From positions 374-64,373 of the forward strand of contig PABN01000042.1 in assembly GCA_002699555.1 (NCBI GenBank): a stretch of 64,000 bases of DNA. Reading direction: 5' to 3'. The translations under genes and the position numbers were made by a program. The notes beneath the pieces are model-generated. The model was not told where the DNA came from and ran no database searches. It saw only the letters and a program-made list of their open reading frames with translations. Every line of letters begins with the position of its first letter. Position 1 is the stretch's first letter. Below are positions 29,691-40,647 of this stretch, piece after piece. The DNA comes from Dehalococcoidia bacterium (GTDB taxonomy: Bacteria > Actinomycetota > Acidimicrobiia > Acidimicrobiales > MedAcidi-G1).

Positions 29691-29797
29691 TACTCTCCCT
29701 TAGGCCCATTTAGAGGATGCTCAAAAGTTCTTAGCTAACCTCTTCATTTACTACTTTAGTAATTCATTATTCGTAAATATCAAGGATAGAAAACTAT

Positions 29798-30490
29798 ATG
29801 CAGAATAATTCGAACATTTCAGACGAAAAGATTCACCGTCGTTCTTTTTTTCTTGATGAAAAACTTTTTGAATACATCTTGGATCACACTTCACAACCTG
29901 ATGAAACTCAAAAATCCCTAATAGAGACTACGAATGAGTTAGGAAAAGTCTCTGCTATGCAAATTGCACAAGATCAAGGTGTTTTTCTTTATATGTTAGT
30001 TGCTGCAATTCGACCTGATTTTGCTGTTGAGGTAGGGACTTTTACAGGTTATTCATCTTTGGCTATTGCCAAAGCCTTACCAGAGGGTGCAAAACTATTA
30101 TGTTGCGATGTTTCCGAAGAATGGACTTCTATAGCTAAAAGATACTGGGAAGAAGCTGGAGTTGCTGAAAAGATCGAACTTGTTATTGCACCCGCAAAGG
30201 AAACTCTGGCCAATTTGCCTGACAATAAAAAAATTGACTTTGCTTTCATAGATGCAGATAAGGGCGGTTACATCGAATACTACGAAGAAATTGTCACCCG
30301 ATTGTCAGACCATGGTCTGATAGCGGTCGACAACGTTTTGTGGTCGGGCAGAGTGATCGATAAAGAGATTTCTGACGATGACACTGTTTCTATGCGAACC
30401 TTTAATGATTACATAGCTAAAGACAAAAGGGTTTCTTCTGTGATGCTCTCGATTGGTGATGGGCTGACTCTAGTGAAGCTAATGAATTAA
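29798..30490 (+). CDS. O-methyltransferase (CCoAOMT/Methyltransf_3 family)
   Basis: EVGTFTGYS, FIDADK, DNVLWSG, IGDGLT. Confidence 0.92.
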   Translation: MQNNSNISDEKIHRRSFFLDEKLFEYILDHTSQPDETQKSLIETTNELGKVSAMQIAQDQGVFLYMLVAAIRPDFAVEVGTFTGYSSLAIAKALPEGAKLLCCDVSEEWTSIAKRYWEEAGVAEKIELVIAPAKETLANLPDNKKIDFAFIDADKGGYIEYYEEIVTRLSDHGLIAVDNVLWSGRVIDKEISDDDTVSMRTFNDYIAKDKRVSSVMLSIGDGLTLVKLMN

Positions 30491-30571
30491 AGTTTTTACA
30501 CAAAAATAAACAAGGTCTATTTCTGGCGGTTAGGATCTCGGCAGATTCGATAACTAAATGAGAGGTTAATC

Positions 30572-31774
30572 ATGACGGATGCCGTAATAGTAGCAACTTC
30601 AAGAACTCCTATAGGTAGAGCAAATAAAGGCAGCCTTGCAGAAGTCAGACCTGATGACATGTCAGCTTTTATAATCAAAGACGTTCTTTCTAAAGTCCCA
30701 CAAATTCAAACTGACTTGGTTGAAGACGTCCTTTGGGGAACTGGGCAACCAGGTGGAGAACAGGGTTATAACATTGCACGCATATCAAGCCTTCTAGCTG
30801 GAATAGATGCCCCTGGAGTGACAGTAAATCGATACTGTTCATCATCGTTACAAACAATCCGTATGGCCTTCCACGCCATAAAAGCTGGAGAGGGAGACAT
30901 ATTTGTTGCAGGAGGTGTCGAATGTGTTAGCCGTTATCAATTTGGAGCTTCCGATACTGGACCACATAATGATTCCTTTAAGGATGCGGAGACCCGAACA
31001 GCTGAAAGAACCGGGGAAGGAGTGGAAACTTGGACTCCGCCTCAAGGTCTACCTGATGTTTATATAGCAATGGGTCAAACTGCCGAGAACGTTGCCCAAA
31101 GCAAAGGTGTTTCTCGTGAAGACCAGGATGAATGGGGTGTGCGCTCTCAAAATCGCGCTGAGGCTGCTGCGGCTCGAGGTTTCTTTGAACGTGAGATCAC
31201 TCCCTACACAACTCCAGACGGCACTGTGGTTACCGCTGACGATGGAATAAGAGCTGGAACAACTTATGAAAGTGTTTCACAATTGAACCCTGTTTTCCGT
31301 CCTGATGGAACTGTTACTGCTGGCAATGCTTGTCCTTTGAATGATGGTGCTGCCGCCGTAGTTGTAATGAGTGAAGAAAAAGCTTCAGAATTAGGAGTCA
31401 CTCCACTAGCGAAAATTGTGGCTTCTGGAGTCTCTGCGCTGAATCCCGAAGTTATGGGGTTAGGTCCAGTTGATGCAATAAACCAAACATTGCAGAGGGC
31501 CGGAATGTCAATTACTGATATTGATCTCGTAGAGATAAACGAAGCTTTCGCAGCGCAAGTTATTCCTTCTGCAGAAGAAACTGGAATAGATCATGACAAA
31601 TTAAACGTAAATGGCGGAGCTATAGCCTTAGGTCATCCATTTGGAATGACAGGTGCTCGAATAATGACTACGTTGATTAACGGCCTAGAGGACTCTGATA
31701 AAGAATTTGGACTTGAAACTATGTGTGTTGGAGGCGGACAAGGCATGGCGATGATCGTTCAGCGTATGAGCTGA
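30572..31774 (+). CDS. Acetyl-CoA C-acyltransferase (thiolase)
   Basis: NRYCSS, NEAFA, GHPFG, CVGGGQG. Confidence 0.95.
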   Translation: MTDAVIVATSRTPIGRANKGSLAEVRPDDMSAFIIKDVLSKVPQIQTDLVEDVLWGTGQPGGEQGYNIARISSLLAGIDAPGVTVNRYCSSSLQTIRMAFHAIKAGEGDIFVAGGVECVSRYQFGASDTGPHNDSFKDAETRTAERTGEGVETWTPPQGLPDVYIAMGQTAENVAQSKGVSREDQDEWGVRSQNRAEAAAARGFFEREITPYTTPDGTVVTADDGIRAGTTYESVSQLNPVFRPDGTVTAGNACPLNDGAAAVVVMSEEKASELGVTPLAKIVASGVSALNPEVMGLGPVDAINQTLQRAGMSITDIDLVEINEAFAAQVIPSAEETGIDHDKLNVNGGAIALGHPFGMTGARIMTTLINGLEDSDKEFGLETMCVGGGQGMAMIVQRMS

Positions 31775-31780
31775 CTATTA

Positions 31781-32662
31781 CTATTTACTCTTAGCCTCTC
31801 GTCCAGCTGGCATCCAATTTGATCCGGCTGTGTTGTCAATGTGATTCATGTAGCGCGAACCAACTGGTTCGATTAATTCAAGAAAATTAGTCGTTTGGTC
31901 AATTCCAAGGTTTCGCCATGCTGAGCTTGCTATGTTGTTAAGTTTTCTTTCAAGACTCTCTCTATATTCCAAGCCTTTAGAAGTAACTCTCTCGCCATCT
32001 GCTAAACCACGTTCCGTCAATTTTTTAAAAGCGGCACTTATTGCATCGTCATCTGCTCCTCGACTACGCGGAAGCCATTGATCGTCGTAATTATGCTTGG
32101 CATTGTCTAGTATGCCCGCCATTGTGCCGTCTATATTTTCACTTACCAAGATTGACCAATGAGTGTCGCCGCGCCACTCCCTTATGGCATTAACTGCTAA
32201 CCAAGCTGATGTAAGCGGGTCCTCGTGGCGTGGCCAATCCAGTAATGATGCAAATAAAGCGCGTCCAGATAAAGGAAGCTCTTCAGCTGCTTTCCAAAGT
32301 TTGCGAGACATAGCTGCTAATGGTTCACATATTTCTGGTGTTAATTCCTTTAAACCTGGAGCGACTGCAGCGTCTCTCGCCGCTGCCGCCTTTTCGAAAG
32401 TGGTATGTTTACGGCAGTTGTCAAGGCTTGCTGCAATGAAATCTGGGTGTATCGAGTAAAAAGCTGCAGCTACCGCTTTATTCCCAGCTTCTCCAAGAGT
32501 AGCTGCACGAGTAGATACGTAATAACCAAATCCATCAGGAACACCAAGCGCTTGATAATTGGCGATGGCTCTAGGATCCCAGTAAATCCAACCAATCAGC
32601 CTATGGGAAGCAAAAGCCGCACGACGGCTGAGTTGCTCCCAGTCATTTTCGTCTTCTCTCAC
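31781..32662 (-). CDS. SCO6745-like (HTH_67) protein
   Basis: YYVSTRAATLG, AAFYSIHP, IREWRGDTH, RSRG motifs. Confidence 0.7.
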   Translation of the reverse strand: MREDENDWEQLSRRAAFASHRLIGWIYWDPRAIANYQALGVPDGFGYYVSTRAATLGEAGNKAVAAAFYSIHPDFIAASLDNCRKHTTFEKAAAARDAAVAPGLKELTPEICEPLAAMSRKLWKAAEELPLSGRALFASLLDWPRHEDPLTSAWLAVNAIREWRGDTHWSILVSENIDGTMAGILDNAKHNYDDQWLPRSRGADDDAISAAFKKLTERGLADGERVTSKGLEYRESLERKLNNIASSAWRNLGIDQTTNFLELIEPVGSRYMNHIDNTAGSNWMPAGREAKSK

Positions 32663-32684
32663 TTTTTCAACTTAGAGTGAGTTT

Positions 32685-33716
32685 TTAGCCTTGGCCACCT
32701 GATGCGTCTTGAACCGATACTTTGCCAGCACTTATCCAAGGCATCATGTCGCGAAGTTTAGAACCAACTTGCTCAATTCGATGTTGGCGTCCCTTTTCTT
32801 CCAAAGCATAAAAATTCTCCCTGCCAGAATGTGCTTCAGCCACCCATTCTTCCGCAAAAGCTCCAGATTGAATCTCATCTAAAACCTGTTTCATTGTTTC
32901 TCTCACATGATCATCGACCACTCGAGGACCACGAGTTAAATCACCGTACTCGGCTGTATCAGAAACTGAATAACGCATACCTCCTATGCCTTGTTCATAC
33001 ATGAGGTCTACAATTAACTTTAATTCGTGAAGGCACTCGAAATAACAAATCTCTGGCTGATATCCAGCATCAACAAGTGTGTCAAAAGCACTTCTAACTA
33101 ACTCTGTAACCCCGCCGCAAAGCACTACCTGCTCTCCGAAAAGATCCGTTTCACACTCTTCAGTGAAAGTCGTTTCGATAATTCCTGCTCTAGCTCCCCC
33201 AAGTCCATCTGCATAAGCCATTGCTAGGTCTTTCGCCCCACCTGTCGGGTTCTGCTCGACAGCAATAAGACAGGGCACACCACCACCTTCAACATATGTC
33301 CTGCGCACTAAGTGGCCAGGTCCTTTAGGTGCAATCATTATGACGTCTACATCATCTGGAGGTGTAATTAGGTCAAAACGGATATTAAAGCCATGAGCAA
33401 AGGCAATGGCGTCTCCAGCTTTCAAATTTGGAGCGATATGTTCTTCATATATTGCTGCTTGATCAGTATCGGGCAAAAGAAGCATTATCACATCTGCCCA
33501 ATCAGATGCTTCTGAAATTGAACGAACTACGAGTCCTGCTTCTTCGGCTTTCGAGATGGATCCAGATCCTTCTCTCAGTCCTACACATACATCAACCCCT
33601 GATTCCTTTAGGTTCAAAGCGTGGGCATGTCCTTGCGATCCATAGCCTAAAATCGCTACTTTACGGTCTGATATTGCTGAACGATTTACATCATTTTCAT
33701 AATAAATATTTACCAC
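32685..33716 (-). CDS. ilvC: Ketol-acid reductoisomerase
   Basis: [43 protein letters not shown]. Confidence 0.98.
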   Translation of the reverse strand: MVNIYYENDVNRSAISDRKVAILGYGSQGHAHALNLKESGVDVCVGLREGSGSISKAEEAGLVVRSISEASDWADVIMLLLPDTDQAAIYEEHIAPNLKAGDAIAFAHGFNIRFDLITPPDDVDVIMIAPKGPGHLVRRTYVEGGGVPCLIAVEQNPTGGAKDLAMAYADGLGGARAGIIETTFTEECETDLFGEQVVLCGGVTELVRSAFDTLVDAGYQPEICYFECLHELKLIVDLMYEQGIGGMRYSVSDTAEYGDLTRGPRVVDDHVRETMKQVLDEIQSGAFAEEWVAEAHSGRENFYALEEKGRQHRIEQVGSKLRDMMPWISAGKVSVQDASGGQG

Positions 33717-33761
33717 GATTTTCTCCTAATTATTTTCCTTAAACTATTTAACTTTGTTTAG

Positions 33762-34259
33762 CTATAACGAATCTAGAGCAACGCGGCCTGTTCGTTGCAG
33801 TTCAACTATGCCATAAGAACTCAAAAAAGATTCGAAGTCGTCAATTACAGACGAGGTTTCTACCAAAGAAAGCATCATGCTCTCGGTGCCAATGTTTAGC
33901 ACCTTTCCGCCGACTTTGTCTAAATGGTCAACCAACTCATCCCTTTGACTAGCCTCAGCTTCAACTGTGACAATCATCAATTCTCTTTCGACTGACTCAG
34001 CGGGATCCAAAGCTCGTATTTCAACAACATTTATCAGTTTGTCAAGCTGGTTTATTATTTGATCTAATGAAACACCTTCGAGTTCTATATCAAGATCAAC
34101 TGTTATGCGACTAAATTCTGCTTTATCGGTAGGGGCGACAGCAAGAGACTTAATGTTTACGCCACGACGAGAAAAAAGGCCACTGACTCGTGCTAAAACA
34201 CCGAATTTATTTTCGACAGTTATAACTAAAATTGTGTAATTTCCTTGAGTCTTTTTCAT
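33762..34259 (-). CDS. ilvN: Acetolactate synthase small subunit
   Basis: ACT domain GVLARVSGLFSRRGVNI.SL, QLDKLINV, RTGRVAL; overlaps ilvB stop. Confidence 0.93.
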   Translation of the reverse strand: MKKTQGNYTILVITVENKFGVLARVSGLFSRRGVNIKSLAVAPTDKAEFSRITVDLDIELEGVSLDQIINQLDKLINVVEIRALDPAESVERELMIVTVEAEASQRDELVDHLDKVGGKVLNIGTESMMLSLVETSSVIDDFESFLSSYGIVELQRTGRVALDSL

Positions 34260-35998
34260 CGTTCTTGGCTTTCTTGAGATGGTGGAACGACAATTGAAGA
34301 ATTATCTTTCCCAGCAGGAACCATCGGGTAAACACGCTCTTCAGGTGCGGTCCGAAAATCTATTACAACTGATCTGTCTTCAATCTCATTAGCTTTAGCT
34401 ATAGCTTCTGGAACTTCTTCTGGACTGTCAACTCGAATACCCACACAGCCCATAGATTCTGCCCATGCTTTATAATTCGGCACATCATCTGAAAGAAATA
34501 CTTCAGAAAATCTTTCCTCGTAAAACATGTCTTGCCACTGGCGAACCATGCCTAAATAAGAATTATTAAGTAATGCGACTTTTATTGGCACGTTTTCAAC
34601 TGTTGAGGTTACAAGTTCTTGTGCTGTCATCTGGAAACATCCATCTCCATCAACTGCCCAAACCATCCGGTCAGGGTTTCCTACTTTTGCACCAATAGCA
34701 GCAGGTATCGAAAACCCCATGGTTCCTAATCCCCCTGAGTTGATCCATGTGTATGGATGATCAAAACTCCAGTATTGACTTGTCCACATCTGATGCTGGC
34801 CAACTCCCGAAGCAACAATTGTATCTTCAGGGGTTAGATCCCTAAGTTGCTCTAAGACATATTGGGGTTTCAATCTACTTCCTGGTTCAGAATCCTCATA
34901 TGTAAGTGGAAATCGTTCCTGCCAGCCACTGATCATAGACTTCCATTCCGAACGATCTATTTGAATGGACTCTTCTCGCCTAAGCAGGTCAACCATTGCC
35001 TCTATAACTAGACGGCAATCTCCATTGATAGCAACATCCGGTTTTCTAACTTTTCCTAATTCTGCTGGATCGATATCTACATGGATAATTTTTGCATCTG
35101 GTGCAAAACCGTCGACTTTACCAGTAACACGGTCATCAAAACGGGCACCCAAAGCCACTAATAAATCTGCCTTTTGCATCGAAGTTACCGCTGTATAATT
35201 TCCATGCATTCCTGGCATTCCTAAACAAAGTTCATGACTGTCAGGAAAAGCGCCTCGTGCCATAAGCGTTGTCACGACATGAATTCCGGTAATTTCAACC
35301 AGTTCTCTAAGCGCTTCTGCCGCTCTTGCTTTAAGAATCCCACCTCCAACATAGAAAACAGGCCTCTTAGAAGTCTGAATAAGTTCTAGAGCATTCTCTA
35401 TTGCAGTCAGATCGATATTCTTTTCTGGTTTATAGCCCGGTAGTTCCATTTCAGGATTCTCCACCCAATCAAGCTCTGATCTTGGATTATTAGGATCTAC
35501 TATGTCCTTAGGCAAATCAATCAACACCGGACCAGGTCGGCCGGTAGTTGCTATATGAAATGCTTCTTTTACAATTCTTGGAATATCTTGTGCGTCTTTA
35601 ACAAGAAAATTATGTTTAGTCACTCCCATCGTGATTCCGGTGGTGTCGCATTCCTGAAAAGCATCTGTACCAATTGCTGCTAGAGGCACTTGGCCTGTAA
35701 TAACCACCAAGGGAGTTGAATCCAGATAAGCGTCGCACAGAGGTGTAACGATATTGGTGGCAGCAGGCCCGCTAGTCACCATCGCTACACCAGGTTTGCC
35801 AGTTGCTTGGGCATAACCTTGAGCCATGTGCCCAGCACCTTGCTCATGGCGTACCAGTATGTGTCTAATTGTCGAGTCGATAATCGGGTCATACACAGGC
35901 AATATCGCTCCACCGGGGAGCCCAAACATCACTTCAACACCCTCTTTTTCAAGAGCTCTAATTAAAGCCTTGCCGCCATCTATATTTTCGCTGGTCAT
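34256..35998 (-). CDS. ilvB: Acetolactate synthase large subunit
   Basis: GLPGGAILP, RHEQGA, GQHQMW, GDG...NN ThDP motif. Confidence 0.97.
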   Translation of the reverse strand: MTSENIDGGKALIRALEKEGVEVMFGLPGGAILPVYDPIIDSTIRHILVRHEQGAGHMAQGYAQATGKPGVAMVTSGPAATNIVTPLCDAYLDSTPLVVITGQVPLAAIGTDAFQECDTTGITMGVTKHNFLVKDAQDIPRIVKEAFHIATTGRPGPVLIDLPKDIVDPNNPRSELDWVENPEMELPGYKPEKNIDLTAIENALELIQTSKRPVFYVGGGILKARAAEALRELVEITGIHVVTTLMARGAFPDSHELCLGMPGMHGNYTAVTSMQKADLLVALGARFDDRVTGKVDGFAPDAKIIHVDIDPAELGKVRKPDVAINGDCRLVIEAMVDLLRREESIQIDRSEWKSMISGWQERFPLTYEDSEPGSRLKPQYVLEQLRDLTPEDTIVASGVGQHQMWTSQYWSFDHPYTWINSGGLGTMGFSIPAAIGAKVGNPDRMVWAVDGDGCFQMTAQELVTSTVENVPIKVALLNNSYLGMVRQWQDMFYEERFSEVFLSDDVPNYKAWAESMGCVGIRVDSPEEVPEAIAKANEIEDRSVVIDFRTAPEERVYPMVPAGKDNSSIVVPPSQESQER

Positions 35999-36036
35999 TT
36001 TTTCTCAGATTAGCTTTCTTAACTAAAAACTTGATT

Positions 36037-36068
36037 AAAAGCAATTGACCTCCCTACAGGGAGGTCAA
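36037..36068 (-). terminator. Attenuator terminator of the ilv leader
   Basis: Perfect 10-bp stem TTGACCTCCC-TGTA-GGGAGGTCAA followed by TTGCTTTT. Confidence 0.85.
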
Positions 36069-36092
36069 ACGTGCATCCTTAATGGATACACG

Positions 36093-36128
36093 TTAAATAA
36101 CTACTACACCTACGAATAATTCTCGCAT
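36093..36128 (-). CDS. ilvBNC leader peptide MRELFVGVVVI
   Basis: ATG CGA GAA TTA TTC GTA GGT GTA GTA GTT ATT TAA: 1 Leu, 4 Val, 1 Ile; followed by antiterminator and terminator hairpins. Confidence 0.88.
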   Translation of the reverse strand: MRELFVGVVVI

Positions 36129-36169
36129 CTATCCAGTATCGCTGGGAAGCTAATAGCAAACAACCCTTT

Positions 36170-37861
36170 TTATGCCTTAGTAACAGCTCCTTGCTCTGCT
36201 CCTGCTGCTAATCGCGCATATTTGGCTAAGAAACCAGACTCATACCTAGGTTTAAAGGGTTTTAATTCACTTCGCCGTTTTTCCAACTCATTTTCATCGA
36301 CTAGCAGTTCAATTGAATGTTCACGAACATCTATAACGATTCGATCACCTTCTTCTACGAGAGCTATTGGGCCTCCATCAACTGCTTCTGGGGCAACATG
36401 TCCCACGCAGAAGCCGTGAGTCCCACCAGAAAAACGACCATCTGTGATCAAAGCTGCGTCATTCCCTCTACCAGCACCTTTCATGGCGCCTGTAATAGCG
36501 AGCATCTCACGCATCCCTGGGCCACCTTTTGGCCCCTCATAACGAATAACTACGATATCTCCAGCTTTTATAGCTCCGTCCAAAACTGCTTCCATAGCCT
36601 TGTCTTCACCATCAAAAACTCTGGCACGACCATCAAATCTATCGAAATCTATTCCAGCAACTTTTACAACAGCTCCGTCAGGAGCTAAGGAGCCTCTCAA
36701 TATCGCTATCCCTCCTATGTCATGTATTGGATTATCAAAAGAATGAATCACATCATTATCAGGTTTTGGTGGGTTAAGGAGTTCTAAATTCTCTTTGACA
36801 GTAAGACCGGTGACAGTTATTTCATCGCCATGAATCAAACCTTCCTCTAATAGCATTTGCATTACCACTGGAACACCTCCCACTCTGTCTATGTCAACCA
36901 TGTGATAAAGGCCATGTGGTTTCGTGTCTGCAAGATGTGGGACTTTCTCAGCTATACGATTAAATTCCTCTAATTGAAGCTCTACACCCGCTTCAAAAGC
37001 AATCGCCAAAAGATGCAAGACGGCATTAGTTGATCCACCAAGAGCCATCACCACAGCAATGGCATTCTCAAACGCTGCTTGAGTCATTATGTCTCGAGGG
37101 TAAATGCCAGCCTCTAGAAGTTTCATCACAGCAGTACCACTTGCGTATGCGACATCTGAACGCCTGCTATCCACTGCTGCTGCAGATGCAGATCCTGGCA
37201 ATGACATCCCCAATGCTTCTCCCACTGCAGCCATTGTGTTAGCAGTAAACATTCCTGCACAACTACCCATGGTTGGACAAGCAGCTCGCTCTATAGAAAG
37301 AAGTTCATCGTCGTCAATGTCACCCACCGCATGGGCTCCTACTGCTTCGAAAACATTGACTATGTCTAAAGACTTTCCATTATGTTCTCCAGGCATTATT
37401 GAACCGCCATACACAAAAACCGAAGGAAGATTGATACGTGCTGATGCCATAAGCATCCCAGGTAATGATTTGTCGCAACCAGCAAAACTCACAAATGCAT
37501 CAAGTCTTTCAGCATGCATTACAGCCTCAACAGAGTCAGCGATAATCTCTCTACTAACTAAACTCGCTCTCATTCCTTCATGTCCCATAGAGATGGCATC
37601 ACTTACTGCAATAGTTGTAAATTCCAAAGGGAATCCACCTGCTTCAAAAACACCTTCTTTGCACTTTTTTGCAAGCGCATCTAATGGCAAGTTGCAAGGT
37701 GTGACTTCATTCCACGATGAAGCGACTCCAACCTGTGCTTTTGAAAAATCGTCTTCCCCCATACCTACGGCACGTAACATAGCTCGAGCCGGTGCCCTGT
37801 TAGCCCCATCTGTAACTTCGCGAGATCTTGGTTTTATATCATTCTTTTCATTTTCACTCAT
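36170..37861 (-). CDS. ilvD: Dihydroxy-acid dehydratase
   Basis: [39 protein letters not shown]. Confidence 0.97.
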   Translation of the reverse strand: MSENEKNDIKPRSREVTDGANRAPARAMLRAVGMGEDDFSKAQVGVASSWNEVTPCNLPLDALAKKCKEGVFEAGGFPLEFTTIAVSDAISMGHEGMRASLVSREIIADSVEAVMHAERLDAFVSFAGCDKSLPGMLMASARINLPSVFVYGGSIMPGEHNGKSLDIVNVFEAVGAHAVGDIDDDELLSIERAACPTMGSCAGMFTANTMAAVGEALGMSLPGSASAAAVDSRRSDVAYASGTAVMKLLEAGIYPRDIMTQAAFENAIAVVMALGGSTNAVLHLLAIAFEAGVELQLEEFNRIAEKVPHLADTKPHGLYHMVDIDRVGGVPVVMQMLLEEGLIHGDEITVTGLTVKENLELLNPPKPDNDVIHSFDNPIHDIGGIAILRGSLAPDGAVVKVAGIDFDRFDGRARVFDGEDKAMEAVLDGAIKAGDIVVIRYEGPKGGPGMREMLAITGAMKGAGRGNDAALITDGRFSGGTHGFCVGHVAPEAVDGGPIALVEEGDRIVIDVREHSIELLVDENELEKRRSELKPFKPRYESGFLAKYARLAAGAEQGAVTKA

Positions 37862-37920
37862 ACAAGAAGGGTAGAGCTCAAATCAATGTTTTGACGACTT
37901 GAAGTGCTTAGACTTTTATA

Positions 37921-39225
37921 ATCAACATCCCAGATCGTGATAAAAAACTTTTAGCGCTAGCAATCCCAGCTTTGGGTGCACTCGTAGCCGAACCACTCTA
38001 TTTGTTAGCCGACACTGCTGTTGTTGGCCATCTGGGAACCATTCCTCTAGGAGGATTAGCTGTTGCATCAGCTGCCTTGTTGTTAATTTATGGACTTTCC
38101 TCTTTTTTGGCTTACGGCACCACTGCAACAGTAGCTAGGTTTACTGGAGCGGGTGAACCGTCAAAAGCCTCAAATCAAGCTATTCAAAGCATGTGGCTGG
38201 CTTTCTTTCTTGGCATCGCTATAGCTGTCATTGGCTACCTTGCTGCTAATCAGCTACTGAAAATTCTAGGTGCTGAGGGGGAACTTCTGGAGCAAGCCCG
38301 CATTTATCTGCGTATAAGTATGTTCGGGGCTCCAGCCATGTTGATAATGCTTGCAGGAGTCGGCTATTTGCGTGGAGTCAAAGACACAGTTAGACCTCTA
38401 TGGGTAGCTATAGGAACTGCTCTCTTGAATCTTGGGCTCGAACTGGTTCTTATCTATGGTTTCAACAAAGAAATTGGAGCTTCTGCAGCAGCAACGGTAA
38501 TTTCTCAATGGATTGGTGCTCTGATTTATTTATTTTGGATTCGGCAGGCCATAGGTGGATATAAAGTTTCCTTCAAACCAAAATTTTTAGTATTAATTAA
38601 ACTGTTAAAAAGTTCAAGTGAACTACTAATTAGAAATCTCTCTTTAACTACTTCCTTTATTGTTGCTACAGCTATGGCAGCTCGCCTTGGAAATGTTGAT
38701 GTTGCAGCACATGAAATTGGATTCCAAGCATGGTTTTTCCTTTCTATGTCAATGGATGCAATTGCTATTGCAGCACAGGCAATTACAGGAAACCTTCTAG
38801 GTGCTGGCAATGCCCACGAAGCACGTCAAATGGGCCGAAGGGCAATAATCTGGTCCACAGGCCTAGGTTGTTTTATAGGTTCTATTCTTGGGATATTTCA
38901 TTTATCCTTTGCAGAAATTTTTTCTGAAGATACCGCAGTAGTTGAACTTGCAGGTTTCCTTCTTTTGCATGTCGCTGCAATGGCTCCATTATCAGGCGTA
39001 GCATTTGCTTTAGACGGCATTCTTATAGGTGCAGGTGACCAACGTTTCCTTGCTAAGGCCATGAGCTTTTCAGCTGTAATTTCTGTGCCCCTAATGCTCT
39101 TAAGTCTCGCATTTGGTCTTGGCATAGGTTGGATTTGGGGATCCATTTGGATTTTGATGTTGACTCGTTCCACTACTTTATATATTCGTTTTAGAAGTGA
39201 TAAATGGCAAAAATTGGGAAGCTAG
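37921..39225 (+). CDS. MATE family efflux transporter (DinF-like)
   Basis: LAIPALGALVAEPLY..ADTA.VGHLG, GYLRG.KDT, DGILIGAGD. First canonical start is TTG 37972, but the family-like N-terminus extends upstream (see findings). Confidence 0.9.
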   Translation: MNIPDRDKKLLALAIPALGALVAEPLYLLADTAVVGHLGTIPLGGLAVASAALLLIYGLSSFLAYGTTATVARFTGAGEPSKASNQAIQSMWLAFFLGIAIAVIGYLAANQLLKILGAEGELLEQARIYLRISMFGAPAMLIMLAGVGYLRGVKDTVRPLWVAIGTALLNLGLELVLIYGFNKEIGASAAATVISQWIGALIYLFWIRQAIGGYKVSFKPKFLVLIKLLKSSSELLIRNLSLTTSFIVATAMAARLGNVDVAAHEIGFQAWFFLSMSMDAIAIAAQAITGNLLGAGNAHEARQMGRRAIIWSTGLGCFIGSILGIFHLSFAEIFSEDTAVVELAGFLLLHVAAMAPLSGVAFALDGILIGAGDQRFLAKAMSFSAVISVPLMLLSLAFGLGIGWIWGSIWILMLTRSTTLYIRFRSDKWQKLGS

Positions 39226-40640
39226 TTTTTAGCTTTAGCACTCAAGATTTGATTAACTATCTTGCCGTCAGCCTGACCACTGGTTTCTTTCATTATTAAC
39301 CCAACGAAGAAACCTGACTTTTTCTTTCTTTCAGTTTCGTCCCCATTAATAAAAGAAAGCCAATCATCAGAGTTTTCTGAAATGATTCGGTCAACCACTT
39401 CTTCCAATTCAGAATTGTCCATCGATTCGAAACCATGACTCTTTGCTACCTCTTGAGGGTCTCCGCCCAATTCGACCAAGTCAGCTAAAACTGTTTTAGC
39501 TTGCGTAGCTGTGAGTTCACCGTTCATTTCCATCACCGTAAGAGACGCAAATGCCTCTGGTGTTAATTCGCCAATTCCATCAGCAAGATTATTCTCTAAA
39601 TGCACCAGAACGCGATTCTTGTCAGCGTTGAAAGAAATTGCCTGAAGAGCAAAAGTGTCTAAATCTCTTTGCACTATCAATGAAGTTTCCGATGGTTCAA
39701 CTTCAATTGCCTCGGCTAGCAAGTGTCTTCTATCTCTTGGCAGTGATGGCAAAGAATCAGCGATTTCTTTTACCCACTCTTCAGATGGTTCGACTGGCAC
39801 TAAATCAGGTTCGGGGAAATAACGGTAATCAAAAGCTTCTTCCTTGGATCGCAACTTGTGTGTACGACCCTCGGCTTCATCCCAATGGCGTGTTTGCTGT
39901 TCGATTTCCTGACCTGATTCGATTATTTCAATCTGTCTTTTTGCTTCATATTCGATAGCTCTTCCGAGAGACCTCAAAGAGTTTATATTTTTGATTTCAC
40001 AACGTGTCCCCAACTCCTCTGTCTCAGATCTACGAACTGACACATTGCAGTCAACGCGTAAGGAACCTTCCTCCATCTTTCCGTCAGAAGCACCGATGGC
40101 CACCAATATTGAACGCAACTCAGAGACATATTCTCGTGCATCATCTGGGCCTCGAAGATCTGGCGCTCCAACTATTTCGATTAGAGGAACACCTGACCTG
40201 TTGTAGTCAATCAATGAGTAGGAAGCCTCATGTATTCGTCCTCCCCCTCCCACATGGGTTATCTTTCCGGTATCTTCCTCCAAGTGAGCTCGCTCAATTC
40301 CTATTCGCCGCCCATCAGGAAGTTCTAACCAACCTTCTTTGTTTATTGGTAAGTCGAACTGTGAAATTTGATAAGCCTTCGGCATATCTGGATAAAAATA
40401 GTTTTTACGTGCAAATACTGACTTTTGCACTTCACAATTCAAAGCTAAACCCACTCTGATAGCTAGCTCTACCGCTTTTTCATTCAAAACAGGTAGAGAT
40501 CCAGGCAATCCAAGAGAAACAGGATCTGTGTTGCAGTTAGGTTCACCGCCAAAGGAATTAAGCGCTGATGAAAACATCTTAGTTTTAGTAGCTAATTCTG
40601 CATGAACCTCTAAACCAATTACCGTTTCCCAATCATTCAT
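39222..40640 (-). CDS. gatB: Asp/Glu-tRNA amidotransferase subunit B
   Basis: VIGLEVHAEL.TKTKMF, RKNYFYPD, HLEED, DYRYFPEPD; start at ATG 40640 or 40661. Confidence 0.97.
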   Translation of the reverse strand: MNDWETVIGLEVHAELATKTKMFSSALNSFGGEPNCNTDPVSLGLPGSLPVLNEKAVELAIRVGLALNCEVQKSVFARKNYFYPDMPKAYQISQFDLPINKEGWLELPDGRRIGIERAHLEEDTGKITHVGGGGRIHEASYSLIDYNRSGVPLIEIVGAPDLRGPDDAREYVSELRSILVAIGASDGKMEEGSLRVDCNVSVRRSETEELGTRCEIKNINSLRSLGRAIEYEAKRQIEIIESGQEIEQQTRHWDEAEGRTHKLRSKEEAFDYRYFPEPDLVPVEPSEEWVKEIADSLPSLPRDRRHLLAEAIEVEPSETSLIVQRDLDTFALQAISFNADKNRVLVHLENNLADGIGELTPEAFASLTVMEMNGELTATQAKTVLADLVELGGDPQEVAKSHGFESMDNSELEEVVDRIISENSDDWLSFINGDETERKKKSGFFVGLIMKETSGQADGKIVNQILSAKAKN

Positions 40641-40647
40641 CTCAAGA

